64,000 nt of DNA. Origin: Dehalococcoidia bacterium. Its GTDB lineage: Bacteria; Chloroflexota; Dehalococcoidia; UBA6926. This document shows, in pieces, positions 47,501 to 62,500 of the stretch. Location: the NCBI GenBank assembly GCA_965206275.1, contig OZ242203.1, positions 904,474 through 968,473 on the forward strand. The letters are read 5' to 3'. The first letter of the stretch is position 1. Each line of letters begins with the position of its first letter. A program made the translations under genes and the position numbers. Under the pieces are notes generated by a model. The model ran no database searches and was not told where the DNA came from. It was given only the letters and a program-made list of their open reading frames with translations.

Positions 47501-50500
47501 ATGGTAAAAGTCTGGCTGCTGCTGGCTGTGTTCGCCGGGATGGTGATGCTGGTCAGCGTCGTGGCTGTGTAATCCGTGTCCTTGGTGGCGGTGCCGGACA
47601 GCGTGCCGATGGTGACCACCGTGGCGGAAGTCCGGGTAGTGTCTCCGTTCAGGGTGGCAGTGACGGTGATTGATGTTGCCGAATCGTCCTCGCCGAGAGA
47701 GTTGGGGTTGGCGGTCAGGGTGATGCCTGTCGGCGCGTCGTCATCGTCTGTGATGGTGGTGGTAACGCTCTTGGATGTGCCCAAGCTCGGTGCAGGTCCG
47801 CCGCCGCCCGATGGGCTAGAGATGGTGACGGTGAAGGTTTCACCTGTTCCCTCGTCGATGGTGTCCTCGGTGGTCTGGATGGTGAAGGTTTGCGGTCCAG
47901 CGGCCGTGTTTGTGAAGGTGAGTGTGCCGGTCTTGGCGGTGTAGTCGGAGCCTGCTGTCGCGGTGCCGTTGGAGGTGTTGTAGGAGACGGTGAGGTCCGC
48001 CGTAGGTTTCACTCCCGCAGGGCTCAGGGAGACGGTGTAGGCGGTGGTGGCGTCACCCTCGTCCACTGACGTGGGGCCGGTGATCGAGATAGTGATGGGG
48101 TCGCTTGCGGCGATGGTGGCGGTGGCGGAGGAAGCCCCGCTCTTAAGGGAGAGTTGGGAGGCGAGAGAAGAGGTGATGGTTCCGAGGGTGACGGTGAAGG
48201 ATTCGGCTGTCTCCGACAGCATGTCGTCCGTGACGGTGATGGTGATGCTTTGCGTCGCTCCGGCCGCACTGTTGGCGGCGAAGGTCACGGTGCCGGAGGT
48301 GGCGGAGAGGTCTGCGCCCTCCGCGGCGTCGGCGGCGAGCGGAGCGCTCCACGCAACTTGCACTTGGGCGGCTACTGCCTTGGAGAGGGTGACGGTGAAG
48401 GTAGCGTCTGAGCCCTCCGAGACGTTGGACGCAGGGCCGGTGATGCTCAGTTCGGCGCTGTCCTTGTCACCAGGGGTAGTGGTGCCCTTGTCATCGTCGG
48501 TGAGGGTGACAGTGGCGGCGCTCACATCCAAGCTCACCGTGGTTGTGCCGGAGATGATGATGGTCTCATTACCCTCGACCACAGCGTCGTCCGTGGGGGT
48601 GATGGTGATGCTGCCGGTTCCCGTCGTGGAATTGGCGGGGATGGTGATGGTGGTCAGGCTCGTTGCCGTGTAGTCGGTGTCCTTGGTGGCGGTGCCCTTG
48701 AGCGCGCCGATGGTGACGACCGTGGCGGAAGTTCGGGTGGTGCCGCCCTTCAGGGTGGCAGTGACGGTAATCTCGGTGGCCGCATCGTCCTCGCCGAGGG
48801 AGTTGGGGCTCGTGCTGAGGGTGATGCCTGTTGGCGCGTCGTCATCGTCCGTGATGGTGGTGGTGACGGATGACGTGCCCAAAGACGTGGTCCCGCCGCC
48901 GCCTGACTGACCGGATATGGTGACGGTGAAGGTTTCGCCTGTCCCTTCATCAATGGTGTCCCCGGTGGTTTGGACGGTGAAGGTTTGCGATCCTGCTGCC
49001 GTGTTCGTGAATGTGAGCGTGCCGGACTTGGCGGTGTAGTCAGAACCGGCGGTCGCTGTGCTGTTGGATGTTCCGTAGGAGACGGTGAGATCAGCAGTCG
49101 GTGTCACGCCGGAGGGCGAGAGGGAGACGGTGTAGGCCGTGGTGGCATCACCCTCATCCACTGACGTGGGGCCGCTGATTGAGATAGTGATGGGGTCGCT
49201 GGCGGCGATGGTGGCGGTGGCGGAGGATGCGCCGTTCTTCAGAGAGATCTGGGACGACAGGTCGGAGGTGATGGTTCCGAGGGTGACGGTGAAGGACTCG
49301 GCCGTCTCCGAGAGCATGTCGTCCGTGGCGGTGATGGTGATGGTCTGCGTCGCTCCGGCGGCGGAGTTGGCGGCGAAGGTGACGGTGCCGCTGTCGGGAG
49401 AGTAGTCGTCAGTATTTCCGGTAGCTGTCCACGCCACAGTCACAGACTTCGAGATGGCTGCCGACAGGGTGACGGTGAAGGTGGCGTCGCTGCCCTCGGA
49501 GATGTTAGACGCGGGACCGGTGATGCTGATCTCGGCGGTGTCCTTGTCGTCCGTCGGAGTGGTGGTGGACTTGTCATCGTCAGTGAGGGTGATGGTGGCG
49601 GAGGTGACGGTCAGGCCCACCTGCGTGGTGGTGCTGCCCGGGATTGTGATGGTCTCGTCACCTTCCACCACCGAGTCGTCCGTGGGTGTGATGGTGATGG
49701 TGCCGGTGCCGCTCGTGGAGTTGGCGGGGATGGTGATGGAGGCAAGGCTCGTTGCCGTGTAGTCGGTGTCCTTGGTGGCTGTGCCCGCCAGCGTGCCGAT
49801 GGTGACGACGGTGGCGGAAGTCCGGGTGGTGCCACCGTCGAGAGTCGCGGTGATAGTGATCTCGGTGGCTGTGTCGTCTTCGCCCAAACTGGAGGGACTT
49901 GCGCTGAGGGTGATGCCTGTTGGTGCGTCGTCATCGTCCGTGATGGTGGTGGCGACTGAAGACGTGCCGAGGGTCGGCGTTGCTCCGCCGCCGGAGGGGC
50001 TGGAGATGGTGACGGTGAAGGTTTCATCAGATTCGTCGGTCGTGTCTCCGGTGGTCTGGACGGTGAAGGTTTGCGGTCCAGCGGCCGTGCTTGAGAAGGT
50101 GAGTGTGCCGGACTTGGCGGTGTAGTCGTTGCCTGCGGTGGCGGTGCCGTTTGCGGTGGTGTAGCTCACCGTGAGGTCTGCAGTGGGTTTCACGCCGGAG
50201 GGCGACAGGGAAACGGTGTAGGCGGTAGTGGCGTCGCCTTCATCGGCCGACGATGGGCCGCTGATGTTGATGGTGATGGGGTCGCTTGCGGCGATGGTGG
50301 CGGTGGCGGAGGATGCGCCGCTCTTGAGAGATATTTGCGACGACAAGGTCGATGTGATGGTTCCGAGGGTGACGGTGAAGGACTCGGCCGTCTCCGAGAG
50401 CATGTCGTCCGTCACGGCGATGGTGATGCTCTGGGTGGCTCCGGCGGCGGAGTTGGCGGCGAAGGTTACGGTGCCACTGTCGGGAGAGTAGTCGTCAGTG

Positions 50501-53500
50501 TTCCCGGTAGCCGTCCACGCCACAGTCACAGATTTCGAGATGGCCGCCGACAGGGTGAAGGTGAAGGTGGCGTTCCCGCCCTCGGAGACGTTGGACGACG
50601 GACCTGAGATGGAGAGGTCTGCCGTGTCCGTGTCGTCCGTCGGGGTGGTAGTGGTCTTGTTGTCGTCGGTGAGGGTGATGGTGGCGGAGGTGACGCTCAG
50701 GCCCGTGACGGTGGTGGTCCCGGGGATGGTGATGGTTTCGTCGCCCTCGACGACCGCGTCGTCTGTGGGTGTGATGGTGATAGAGCCTGTTCCACTAGTG
50801 GAGTTGGCGGGGATGGTGATGCTGGCCAACGCCGTCGCGGTGTAGTCGGTGTCCTTGGTGGCGGTGCCGGTCAGCGTGCCGATGGTGACGATGGTGGCGG
50901 AAGTCCGGGTGGTGCCGCCTTGCAGGGTAGCGGTGACCGTGATTGTGGTCGCGTTATCATCCTCGCCCAAAGTGGACGGATTTGCGCTGAGGGTGATGCC
51001 TGTGGGTGCGTCGTCATCGTCCGTGATGGTGGTGGTAACTGAGGCCGTTCCTAGAGTGGGCGTCGCTCCGCCGCCTGACTGGCCGGATATGGTGACGGTG
51101 AAGGTCTCGCCGGTGCCCTCGTCGATGGAATCCTCCTTGGTCTGGACGGTGAAGGTTTGCGGTCCAGCGGCCGTGCTCGAGAAGGTCAACGTGCCGGACT
51201 TGGCGGTGTAGTCAGAACCGGCGGTCGCTGTGCCGTTGGATGTTCCGTAGGAGACGGTGAGGTCGGCGCTGGGAACGCCGCCCGAGATGGAGACGGTGTA
51301 GTTGGAAGTGGCGTCTCCCTCATCGACGCTCGTGGGGCCGCTGATCGAGATCGTGATTGGGTCGCTGGCGGCGATGGTGGCTGTCGCTGAGGAGGCGCCG
51401 TTCTTGAGAGATATATGCGACGACAGCGTGGACGTGATGGTTCCGAGGGTGACGGTGAAGGACTCAGCGCCCTCGGAGAGCATGTCATCCGTTGCGGTGA
51501 TGTTGATGGTCTGCGTCGCTCCGGCGGCGGAGTTGGCCGCGAAGGTGACGGTGCCACTGTCGGGAGAATAGTCGTCCGTGTTCCCTGTAGCTGTCCACGC
51601 CACAGTCACAGACTTCGCGATAGCCGCCGACAGGGTGACGGTGAAGGTGGCGTTGCTGCCCTCAGCGACGTTGGATGTAGGGCCGGTGATGCTCAACTCG
51701 GCTGAGTCCTTGTCATCCCCCGGGGTCGTGGACTTGTCGTCGTCGGTGAGGGTGATGGTGGCGTCGGACACGTTCAGGCCGGAGACCGTGGTGGTTCCGG
51801 GGATGATGATGGTTTCGTCGCCTTCGACCACCGAGTCGTCTGTGGGCGTGATTTTGATAGTGCCGGTCCCAGTGGCGGAGTTGGCGGGGATGGTGATGGA
51901 GGCCAATGACGTGGCCGTGTAGTCGGCGTCCTTGGTGGTGGTGCCTGTCAGTGTGCTGATGGTGACGACTGTGTCAGATGGCAGAGTGCTGCCGTTCAGG
52001 GTGGCGGTGATAGTGACAGAGGTGGCTGCGTCATCCTCGCCCAAGGAGTTGGGGCTCGCGCTAAGGGTGATACCTGTGGGGGCGGCATCATCGTCCGTGA
52101 TAGTGGTGGTAACGCTCTTGGCGGTGCCAAAGCTCGGTGCGGGACCGCCGCCGCCCGATGGGCTTGAGATGGTGACGGTGAAGGTTTCGCCGGTTCCCTC
52201 GTCGATGGAGTCATCTGTTGTTTGGACGGTGAAGGTCTGGGCTCCTGCAGCCGTGCTCGTGAAGGTGAGTGTGCCGGACTTGGCCGTGTAGTCGGCACCC
52301 ACCGTGGCAGTCCCGTTGGCGGTGGTATAGCTCACGGTGAGGTCTGCGGTGGGCGTCACGCCGGAGGGGGAGAGGGAGACGGTGTAGTTGGCGGTGGTGT
52401 CACCTTCGTCGACGCTCGTGGGACCGCTGATGCTGATGGTGATTGGGTCGCTCTCGGCGATGGTGGCCTGGGCGCTGGAGGCGCTGTTCTTGAGGGAGAG
52501 CTGAGACGAGAGCGTGGAGGTGATGGTTCCGAGGGTGACGGTGAAGGACTCGGCCGTCTCCGAGAGGTTGTCGTCCGTCACGGCGATGGTGACATCTTGC
52601 GTGGCTCCTGCGGCGGAGTTGGCGGCGAAGGTTACGGTGCCGCTATCGGGAGAGTAGTCGTCAGTGTTTCCGGTAGCTGTCCACGCCACAGTCACGGACT
52701 TCGCGATGGCCGCCGACAGGGTGATGGTGAAGGTGGCGTTGCTGCCCTCGGAGATGTTGGATGCGGGGCCGGAGATGGAGATCTCGGCAGTGTCCTTGTC
52801 ACCGGGGGTGGTGGTGGACTTGTCGTCGTCCGTGAGGGTGAGGGTGGCGGAGGTGACGTTGAGGCCGGAGACCGTGGTGGTGCCGGGGATTGTGATGGTC
52901 TCGTCGCCCTCTACTACGGTGTCGTCGGTGGGGGTGATGGTGAAGGTCCCTGTGCCACTGGAGGAGTTGGCGGGGATGGTGATGCTGGCCAAAGACGTGG
53001 CCGTGTAGTCCGTGTCCTTGGTGGCGATGCCGGACAGTGTTCCGATGGAGACAATGGTGCTGGTGGGCCGGGTGCTCCCGCCTTCCAATGTGGCGGTGAT
53101 GGTGACGGTAGTGGCTGCGTCGTCTTCCCCGAGAGAGTCAGGGCTGACGGAGAGGGTAATGCCTGTGGGCGCGTCGTCATCGTCTGTGATGGTGGTGGTG
53201 ACGGTCTTGGATGTACCCAAGGATGTGGTTCCGCCACCACCTGTTGCGTTGGAGATGGTGACGGTGAAGGTTTCGCCCGTCCCTTCGTCGATGGTGTCCA
53301 CGGTGGTCTGGACGGTGAAGGTCTGGGCTTCTGCAGCCGTGCTCGTGAAGGTGAGTGTGCCGGACTTGGCGGTGTAGTCCGACCCGGCGGTCGCTGTGCC
53401 GTTGGCGGTGGCGTAGGAAACAGTGAGGTCCGCCGTGGGGGTGACGCCATCGGGCGAGAGGGAGACGGTGTAGTCGCTCGTCGCGTCGCCCTCATCCACG

Positions 53501-56500
53501 GTGGACGGGCCGGTGATGTTGACGGTGATCGGGTCGCTTGCGGCGATGGTGGCGGTGGCGCTGGAGTCGTCGGTCTTCAGTGTCACCTGGGTCGCGGGCA
53601 GCGTTGTCGTGATGGTTCCGAGGGTGACGGTGAACGACTCAGTGCCCTCCGAGAGCATGTCATCCGTCACCATGATGGTGATGGTCTGGGTGGACTCGGT
53701 TGCGGAGTTGGCTGGGAAGGTCACGGTGCCGGAGGTTGTGCCTAAATCTGCTGCTGCTGCCGCGTCCGTGCCGAGCGGCGCGCTCCATGCTACCTGCACT
53801 TCCTTGGACACCGCTGCCGACAGTGTGACGGTGAAGGTGGCGTTACTACCCTCGGAGACGTTGGATGCGGGACCGGAGATGGAAATCTCGGCTGTGTCCT
53901 TGTCGTCCGTCGGAGTGGTGGTCTTGTTGTCGTCGGTGAGGGTGACGGTGGCATCACTTACATCTAGGCTCACCGTGGTAGTGCCGGGGATGGTGATGGT
54001 CTCATCGCCCTCTACTACGGTGTCGTCCGTGGGCGTGATGGTGAATGTTCCCGTTCCGTTGGTGGAGTTCGCTGAGATGGTGATGCTGGCCAAGCTCGTT
54101 GCCGTGTAGTCGGTGTCCTTGGTGGCGGTGCCAGCCAGGGTTCCGATGGTGACGACGGTGGCGGAAGTGCGGGTGGTGCCGCCGTCTAGGGTGGCGGTGA
54201 CGGTGATCTCAGTCTCGCCGTCGTCCTCGCCGAGAGTGGCCGGATCCACCGAGAGGGTGATGCCCGTTGGCGCGTCGTCATCGTCCGTGATGGTGGTAGT
54301 GACGGTCTTGGACGTACCCAAGCTTGGCGTGGGGCCGCCGCCGCCCGACGGGCCAGAGATGGTGACAGTGAAGGTCTCGCCCGTCCCCTCGTCGATGGTG
54401 TCCACTGTCGTCTGGACGGTGAAGGTCTGCGATCCCGCAGCCGCGTTGGTGAAGGTGAGTGTGCCGGTCTTGGCTGTGTAGTCGGTGCCCGACGTGGCCG
54501 TGCCGCCGGACGCGGCGTAGTTCACGGTGAGGTCTGCTGTGGGGGTGACGCCGGATGGGGAGAGGGAGACGGTGTAGTTGCCCGTCGCGTCACCTTCATC
54601 CACTGACGTGGGGCCAGTGATTGAGATAGTGATGGGGTCGCTGGCGGCGATGGTTGCTGTGGCGGTGGAGTCGTCGGTCTTCAGGGTCACCTGTGTCGAG
54701 GGCAGCGTTGTCGTGATGGTTCCGAGCGTTACAGTAAAGGACTCCGCGCCTTCAGAGAGCATGTCGTCTGTCACGGCGATCGTGATGGTCTGCGTTGAAT
54801 CCGCAGGGGAGTTGGCCGCGAAGGTCACCGTGCCGGAGGTTGATCCCAAGTCGGCCCCCTCCGCAGCGTCGGTGGCCAGCGGCGCGCTCCACGCCACCTG
54901 CACTTGCGACGCTACCGCCGCGTCCAGCGCCACCGTGAAGACAGCGTTCCCGCCCTCTGTTACGTTCTCCGTGGGCCCCGTGATCCTCAGGTCTGCCTTG
55001 TCCTCGTCGTTGGGATCATCGGTGGTGGTGCCATTGTGGTCTTTGAGGGTGATTGTGGCCGAACTGACGGTCAGACCCGTGACGGTGGTGGTTCCGGGGA
55101 TGATTATTGTCTCGTTGCCCTCGACCATCTTGTCGTCCGAGGGGGTGATGGTTAGCGTGCCGCTGCCGCTCATGGAGTTGGCGGGGATGGTGATGCTGGC
55201 CAACACCGTGGCCGTGTAGTCCGTTCCCTTGGTGGCGGAGCCCTTAAGCGTGCCGATGGTGACGACCGTCGCCTCGGTCCTCGTGCCACCGTTGAGAGTG
55301 GCGGTTACCGTCACCGACGTCGCTGCCCCGTCTTCTTCGACGGTGTCGGGGTCGGCGCTCAGTGTGATTCCGCTTAGTGAGTCGTCGTCCGTTATGGTGG
55401 TGGTTACCGACTTTGCCGTGCCCAGGCTGGGCGCGGGCCCACCGCCGCCCGTCGGGCTGTCAAGGGTGACGGTGAACGTTTCGTCGGACTCGTCAATCGT
55501 GTCCTCGGTGGTTTGGACGGTGAAGGTCTTAGCTCCGGCATCTGTAGGCGTGAACGTCAGCGTGCCAGAAGCCGCTTCGTAGTCGTCGCCCTCAGCGGCA
55601 GTGCCATCCGACGTGGAATAATCCACCGTGAGGTCCGCCGTCGGCGTTCCTCCGGACAACGACACCGTATAAACCGTGGTGGCGTCGCCCTCGGCGACGG
55701 TGGACGGGCCGGAGATGGTGACGGTGATGGGGTCGTTCTCTGCGATATACGCGTCCGCGATGAAGGAGCCTGATTTGGGCGCGACGAAGGCGCTGAGAGA
55801 CGAGGTGACAGTCCCCAACTCTAAGGTGAAGTTTTCGAGCGTCTCCGACAGATTGTCGTCAGTCATCGTGACGGTGAAGGTCTGGGTTGCGCCTGCCGAC
55901 GAGCCCGCAGGGAAGGTGACGGAGCCGCCGGCCGGGGAGTAGTCCGCCGCTACGGCGGTGTTCGGCACTGCGGACCAGGTTACGCTCAGTTCTTCAGAGA
56001 TGGCCGCGGACAGGGTGACGGTGAAGGTGGCGCTTGCTCCCTCTGCCACCGGTGCGCTTGGGCCGCTTATGCTCAGGTCCGCATGGCTGGTGTTGAGAAT
56101 CGTGATTGTCGCAGGGAATACCTGCGTACGCCCGAGCGCCGCGCTCAACAGGACGGTTTCGTCCCTCTCCACAACGGCGTCGTTCGTGGGCGTGAAGGTG
56201 AAGGTGGCGATGCCGTAGTCCTCCCCCGCAGGGATGGTCAGCGTTCCGGTGGCCGCGGTGTAGTCGCCGCTGGCGAGGGTGGCCGTGCCGTCGGCCAGCG
56301 ACAGGCCGATCGGCGCGTCAGTCGTAAACGGGTCCATCCCATGCAGCGATGCCGTTACCGTCAGAACGGTGGCGCCAGCGTCCTCCCGCACCCTGTTGGG
56401 GCTCACGGTCAAGGTGATGCCTCTGCGCCCAGAGTCGTCGTCCAGAATAGTGATCTCCGCCGGATGAACCGTGAACGGCATTGCCGTTCCGGTCACCTGA

Positions 56501-59500
56501 AGGGTCTCATTCTCTTCGGATTTGTCGTCGCCCTTGACGTTCACCTTGAGGTTTGCGGACCCGCTCATTTGGCCGGCAGGAATGGTCACCTTCGCCGTGG
56601 CTTTGGCGTAGTCCTCGCTGTTGGCGGTCCCGTCCTCCAGCGACACCGTAACCTCGATTGCGCCCGGCAGCGTCGAGCCGCTATTCAGCGTGGCCGTGAC
56701 CCTAACGTCGGTGGCGGAATCAGAGCTGCCCTCGCGCAGGACCGAGGGGCTGACGCTGAGCGTGATGCTGGGGGGAATTTCGTTGTCCTCGAGGGTGATG
56801 GCAGGCTCGTCCGAGGTTGTGAGACCTCCACCAGCGTGGCTGGTGAAGACGATTGTCTCGTCATCTTCCACGATGTCGTCATCAACCGGCGTGATTGTCA
56901 GCGTCCCGCTGGCGTCTTCCTCCCCGGCGTCGATGGTCAGAACCAGGTAATGGCCGCTGATGGTGTAGTCCTCCGTCGCCACCCTGGTGCCTCTGTCGGA
57001 ATTCGGGAAAACGACAATCTGGACTGCATTGTGGAGGAACCGCTTGTCGCTGTCGTCTATAGTCGCCGTGAACCTGATCTGCGTGGCCCCATCACCCTCG
57101 CCCACCTCGACGGGAGTAGCCGTCAGGGTGTACGAGTCAGGGTATGCCGGATCGTCGGTGAAGCTGTCGGCGATGGTTGTGGTTCTCCCATCCTTGACTA
57201 TCTCGGGGGCCAGGCCTCCGCCGCCCTGGGCGTTGGACAGGGTGACGGTGAAGTCTTCCGTGGGTTCGAATATGGTGTCGGCGAGGGTGCTGACCGTCAC
57301 GGTCTTGGTGGTCTCGGTGGGCGTGAAGGTGAGGGTCTGGTCCACCGCCGTGTAGTCTTCACCGGCGGTAGCCAGGTCCCTGGGGCCACCGGTCTTGAAG
57401 CGCACCGTCACGTTTGTGGTTCGACTGCCTTCCAGCTTGATGACATATGTGGCGTCACTTCCTTCCGTGACCGATGTTGGCGCGGTCTCGAAGGAGATCA
57501 CCGGCGCTTGCGGAGCGGAGTTTGTGAGGGTGATGTCCGTCGTGCTCACGGTGTGACAAATAGCCGTGCCGTAGAGCCGGATGGTCTCGTCACTCTCCGC
57601 CAGCGCGTCATGGACCGGGGTCACCGTGAGGGTTGCCGTGCCGGTGGTCGCGTTGGCGGGGATGGTGATGGTGACGGGCAGCGACGCCGCGTAGTCGTCC
57701 TGGATCTTGGCCGTCCCGGACAGGGACAGCTTCACCACTGTGTCCACGTCCCGGGCGGTTTGGCGAGTCGCCGTCACGGTCACTTCAGTGGCGCCCGCGT
57801 TCTCCGCAATGCTGGACTTGTTGACGCTCAGCGCGATGTTGTTGGTGTATTCCTCAGTGATGGTCAGAACGGCGCGGGCCACTGTTAGGCCGGTAGCCGT
57901 CCCTTCCACCCATATGCTCTCGTCGCTCTCCGGCAGATAATCGTTCACCGGAGTCACGGTGAAGGTTGCCGTTCCGGTGGTGGCGTTGGCCGATATGGTG
58001 ATGGACGTCAGCGACGTCGCCGTGTAGTCCGAGTTCTCGGTGGCCGTGCCGGAGAGGGCGCCGATGGTGACTACGGTTTCTGATGACCGAGCGCCGCCTG
58101 TGAGAGTGGCCGTCACCGTGACAGAGGTGGCGGAGTCGTCCTCCCCAAGGCTCGACGGGTTCACGCTTAACTCGATGGCGTCCCTGTCGTTGTCGGTGAT
58201 TGTCAAAACGACCGGGGCCACTGACAGCCCGGCGGGGGCCGTTGCCTTGAGGAGGATGGTCTCGTCCCCTTCCACCTCGCTGTCGTCAGTCATGGTGAAA
58301 CCCAACGCCTGACGGGTGGAGGCGCTGGTTGCGCCATCCGGGATGGTTATCTGCCATCCCGACCACGTTACGTAATCATTGGGATTGCCCAGCGCACCCG
58401 CTTCGGCCGTGCCTTCCGGAGGCAATACGCCGGTTATCGTGACTTCACCATTCGTGCCGCTGCGGGTCGCCGTAAGGGTCACTCTCGCCGCAACTTCGTT
58501 CTCCCCGATGGTGTATCGGTTCGCGGTCAGGGTGATGTCGTGCTTGTCGTTGTCCTTGATGGTCAGAATGACCGGGGCAACCGTCAGTCCGCCGGTGGCC
58601 TTTCCGTTGATGATGATGGTCTCATCGCCTTCTTCGAAATCATCGTCAGTCATGGTGAAACCCAACGCCTGACGGGTGGACGCGCTGCTTGCGCCGTCCG
58701 GGATAGTTATCGACCAGCGCGACCAGATTACGTAATCCTGCGAATCGCCCAGGGCGCCCGGAGTGGCAGTCCCACCCGGAGGGAAATCGCCGGTTATCGT
58801 AACTGCGCCCTCCGTGCCAGTCCGAGCCGCCGTAATAGTGATCCTGGCCGCGATTTCATGCTCTCCGATGGTGTAGCGATTTGCGGTCAGCGTGATGTCC
58901 TTGTTGGCGTCGAGGATGACCGTGGTTACCTTGTCTACGCCTATGCTTGGCGGGGACGCCCCGCCCCCTTGCAGATTGGATATGCCGAAGGTGAAGACCT
59001 CTCCAGAGTCTGTCTCCGTGTCCGCGAGGATCGGCACGGTTATCGTCTTCGGGCCGGCGTTGGTGGGGGTGAACGTCACTGTTCCGGATTGAGCGGTGTA
59101 GTCAGTCCCGGCCACGGCGGCGGGCCCCCGATAGGGGTTCGACCCATCAGACGTGGCGTACTCCACAGTCAAATCAGCCTGAGGGACAGATCCCGGCGGG
59201 GACAGGGAGATGGTGTAGGTCGCGGAGTTGCGCTCCATCACGATCGCGGGCCCGCTGACGCTGACGGTTCGGGCTAAGGGGGCCGAGTCCGTGATGGTGA
59301 TGTCCGTCGGGCTGACTGTCCGGGCACCCGATTGGCCTGAAACTGTAATCGTCTCGTCTCCCTCCGGCATGGTGTCATTAACGGGGGTGATGGTGAGCGT
59401 TCCGTAGGCGGTGGTCTGTCCCTTGGGGATGGTGATGCTGTTGAGGGTAGTCGCCGTGTAATCGGCCGGGTTGGCAGCGGCGCCGCCCAGCGTGAGGTCC

Positions 59501-62500
59501 ACCACCGTGTCCGTAGGTCGCGCCGCGCTCATGGTGGCCGTGACCGTTACCTCGGTTGCGCCGGCGTCCTCAGTAATAGTGTCGGGGCTGACGGAGAGGG
59601 CGATGGTTTCCGGCTCGCCTATGGTGAGCACGGCATCGGTGACGGTTGCGCCGGGCACATCTGCCGACCAGACTATCGTTTCGTTCGGATCATCAAGGTC
59701 GTCGGAGCAAATGTGGAAGGTCATGCTCGTGGATGCGCTGGACTCGCCCGGCGCGATGCGCACATCCGAGGGAAGGACACGTATAAAGTAGTCGGTGTTC
59801 CGTTCAGGGCGGCAGGATCCACCTCCCCCCTGTGTGTAGTCAGTGTTGTCTGTGGCGGTTTGGCTGCTCCAGCCCCCGTGCCAATCGGTCGCATGATTGC
59901 CGACTGTACCGTCCCGAGTCGCCGTGAGGGTGACCTGGATGTCACTCCCTTCCTGAGTATATTCAGGGTCGAATGAGAGGGTGACGTGGGCGAGATCGTT
60001 CTCTGCCAGGTCTATGGTGTCCGGGAAGACCACAAAGCCAGTGAGGCTGCCCTCGACGACGATGGTCTCCTTACCCTCATAGACGGAGTCGTCGACGGGT
60101 GTGATGCTCAAAGTGGCCGAGCCGGTGGCGGTTGACGCCGGGATGGTCACATTGGCGACGGTGGCGGTGTAGTCATCCGTGCGGGTCGCCGTTCCGCCAA
60201 GGGAGACGGTCACGGTCGTGTCTTCGTCGAAGGTGGCGCAGCAGTCCAGGTTCACCTTGACGGTGAAGTCCGTGGCTGCGCCACCTTCCCCTATACTGTC
60301 GGGCGTCACCGTGAGAGTTGCGCCGAGCAGGGGCCCAGCGGCGTCCACGATGCCGGTGGTTGCGATGCTCGTGTCGAGGGTGGGCGTGAGTCCGCCGCCG
60401 CCCGACGGGCTGGAGAGGAGCAGGCGGAAGTACTCGACGGGCTCGGTGATGGCGTCGGTCAGGACGGGTACGCGCACCCGTTTGCTGGTCTCGCCGGGGA
60501 CGAAGGTCAGCGTGCCGGACTGAGGGGTGTAGTCGTCGCCCGACGTGGCTGAGCGCTGTGGAGAGAGCGCATCGTAGGTCTGGTAGTTCACCGTGAGGTT
60601 GGCGGTGGGCGCGCGGCTCAGCGAGACCGTGAAGTCGGCGTTCCCGCCCTCTGTGACCGTCTCCGGGCCGCTGACGGATACAGACATAGCCTGATCGCGG
60701 ATGGTGGTGGTGGCGGTGGCGGTGCCCAGCGCCGCATCAGTTATCTGGGTGAATCCGATGAAGTAATACTCCGGGTCGGAGAGGGTCAGGCTGAAGGTCT
60801 CGTTGGACTCGTCCACGTTATCCGCCGTGATCGGCACCAGGATCTCCCAGTCTGAGTACCGCACTTGGTATTCATCGGCAGTGGCGGGGGCGGGATAGGT
60901 GGTGACGGGCATCTCCAGCGTGCCGGAGACGGCGGTGTAGTCCGTGCCCGCCGTGGCCGTGCCGTCCGAAGTGGTGTAGCTGACCCTTGCGCCCCAGGCG
61001 GGGTGAAGGTCGGCGTTGCGCTTCACGACGAAACGGGCGTTGGTCCCCTCATCCACGAACTCGGGGCCTTCGACGGAGAAAGTCAGAGGGGTGGAAGTGA
61101 TGGTGGTGGTGACCGACGAGTCGCCTAAGACCACCGGCGTTGTGCCGCCGCCGCGGAGGTTGGAGAGGGAGAGCGTGAAGGTCTCATCCGTGTCTCCGGT
61201 CGAGCCGCTTACCATATAGACGAAGACGGTGTACCAGGTCACACCGAAGTCATTGACGTTGTGCTGAGTGTCCTTGCTTGGGCCGATGGTGAGGGTATCG
61301 GACACGTTCACATAGTCGCCGGTCTGGCCGCTCTCACAGCTATTGACGCCGCCATCGCACCCGGTGGCGGTCCCATCCGAGGAGGTGACGTCCACCTGGA
61401 TGTCGGCGTTGACCGGGCCGGAGAGGAAGACCTGGTAGACGGCGAAATCGGTGTTCCTGACGTGGGGGAATGCCCGAGGACCCATCAGGGTGACCGTCAC
61501 GACCTGTCCGGTGGCGATAGTGGCGTCAGCACTCGACTTGGTAGAGTCCACGGACACTTTGGAGGCAAGGTCGCCGGTGACGCTGCCGAGCGTGACGGTG
61601 AAGGTCTCCTGCTGCTCTTCCGTCCCATCGTCGGCGATGGCCATGGTGATGGTCTTGGTTGCGCCGGCGGCGGAGCCCGCAGGGAAGATGACGCTGCCGG
61701 AATCCGGGGAGTAGTCATCGGCGGAGGCGGCGACCGTGGCCGTCGAGCCTGCCGACCATGCAACGACGACCTGGGAAGCGACCGCGTGGGACAGGGTGAC
61801 GGTGAACTCGGCGCTGCTTCCCTCGCTTATCACACCAGTCGGGCCGGCGATGCCCACGGTTGCAGTGTCGTCATCGGTGATGGTGATGGTTGCGGGAGTC
61901 ACGTCCAGCCCGGCGGACGCGCCCTGCAGCAGAATGGTCTCGTCGCCCTCGACAATCTGATCGTTTACCGGCGTCACGGTGAAGCTGCCCGTTCCGCTGG
62001 ACTCGGTTGCGGTGATGGTGATGTTGCCCAGCGTGGTGGCGGTATAGTCGCCGGTGCTTCCCTTCGTGGCGGTTCCGCCGAGTGTGACCACGACGGTGGC
62101 ATTCTGTGCCAGTGTGCCGCCCTCCAGCGTGGCGGTCACGTTGACCGTTCCGGCCGCGTCAGCCTCACCGAAGGATGTTTTGTCGACGCTGAGGACAACG
62201 GAAGAGGGTAGGCCGTCATCGTCCACGATGGTGGTATTGACGAACTGGGTGGTGCTCATTAGAGGGGTGGGACCGCCGCCGCCCTGGGGGTTGGACATAC
62301 GGAACTCGAAGTAGGTGTTGGCCGCGTCGTCGGTGTTTTCGGTGGTGGCGACGGTGACGGTGGCGGAGGTATCCCCGGCGGCGATGGTGACAGTGCCGGT
62401 GGCGGCGGTGTAGTCAGTACCCGCCACTGCTGTCCTGTCCGTGGTGGTGTAGTCTACCGTGATGGCCTCGGTCGATGTGGCGCTGTCGAGCGTGAAGGTA

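Noticed and set aside
42300-57900. Dozens of 60-600-aa plus-strand ORFs inside the giant gene (for example 52222-53745, 56083-57888)
   Set aside because: They recur with the ~1.1-kb repeat period and are Val/Ser/Gly-rich antisense translations of the Calx-beta repeats. The minus strand holds one continuous, domain-rich ORF.
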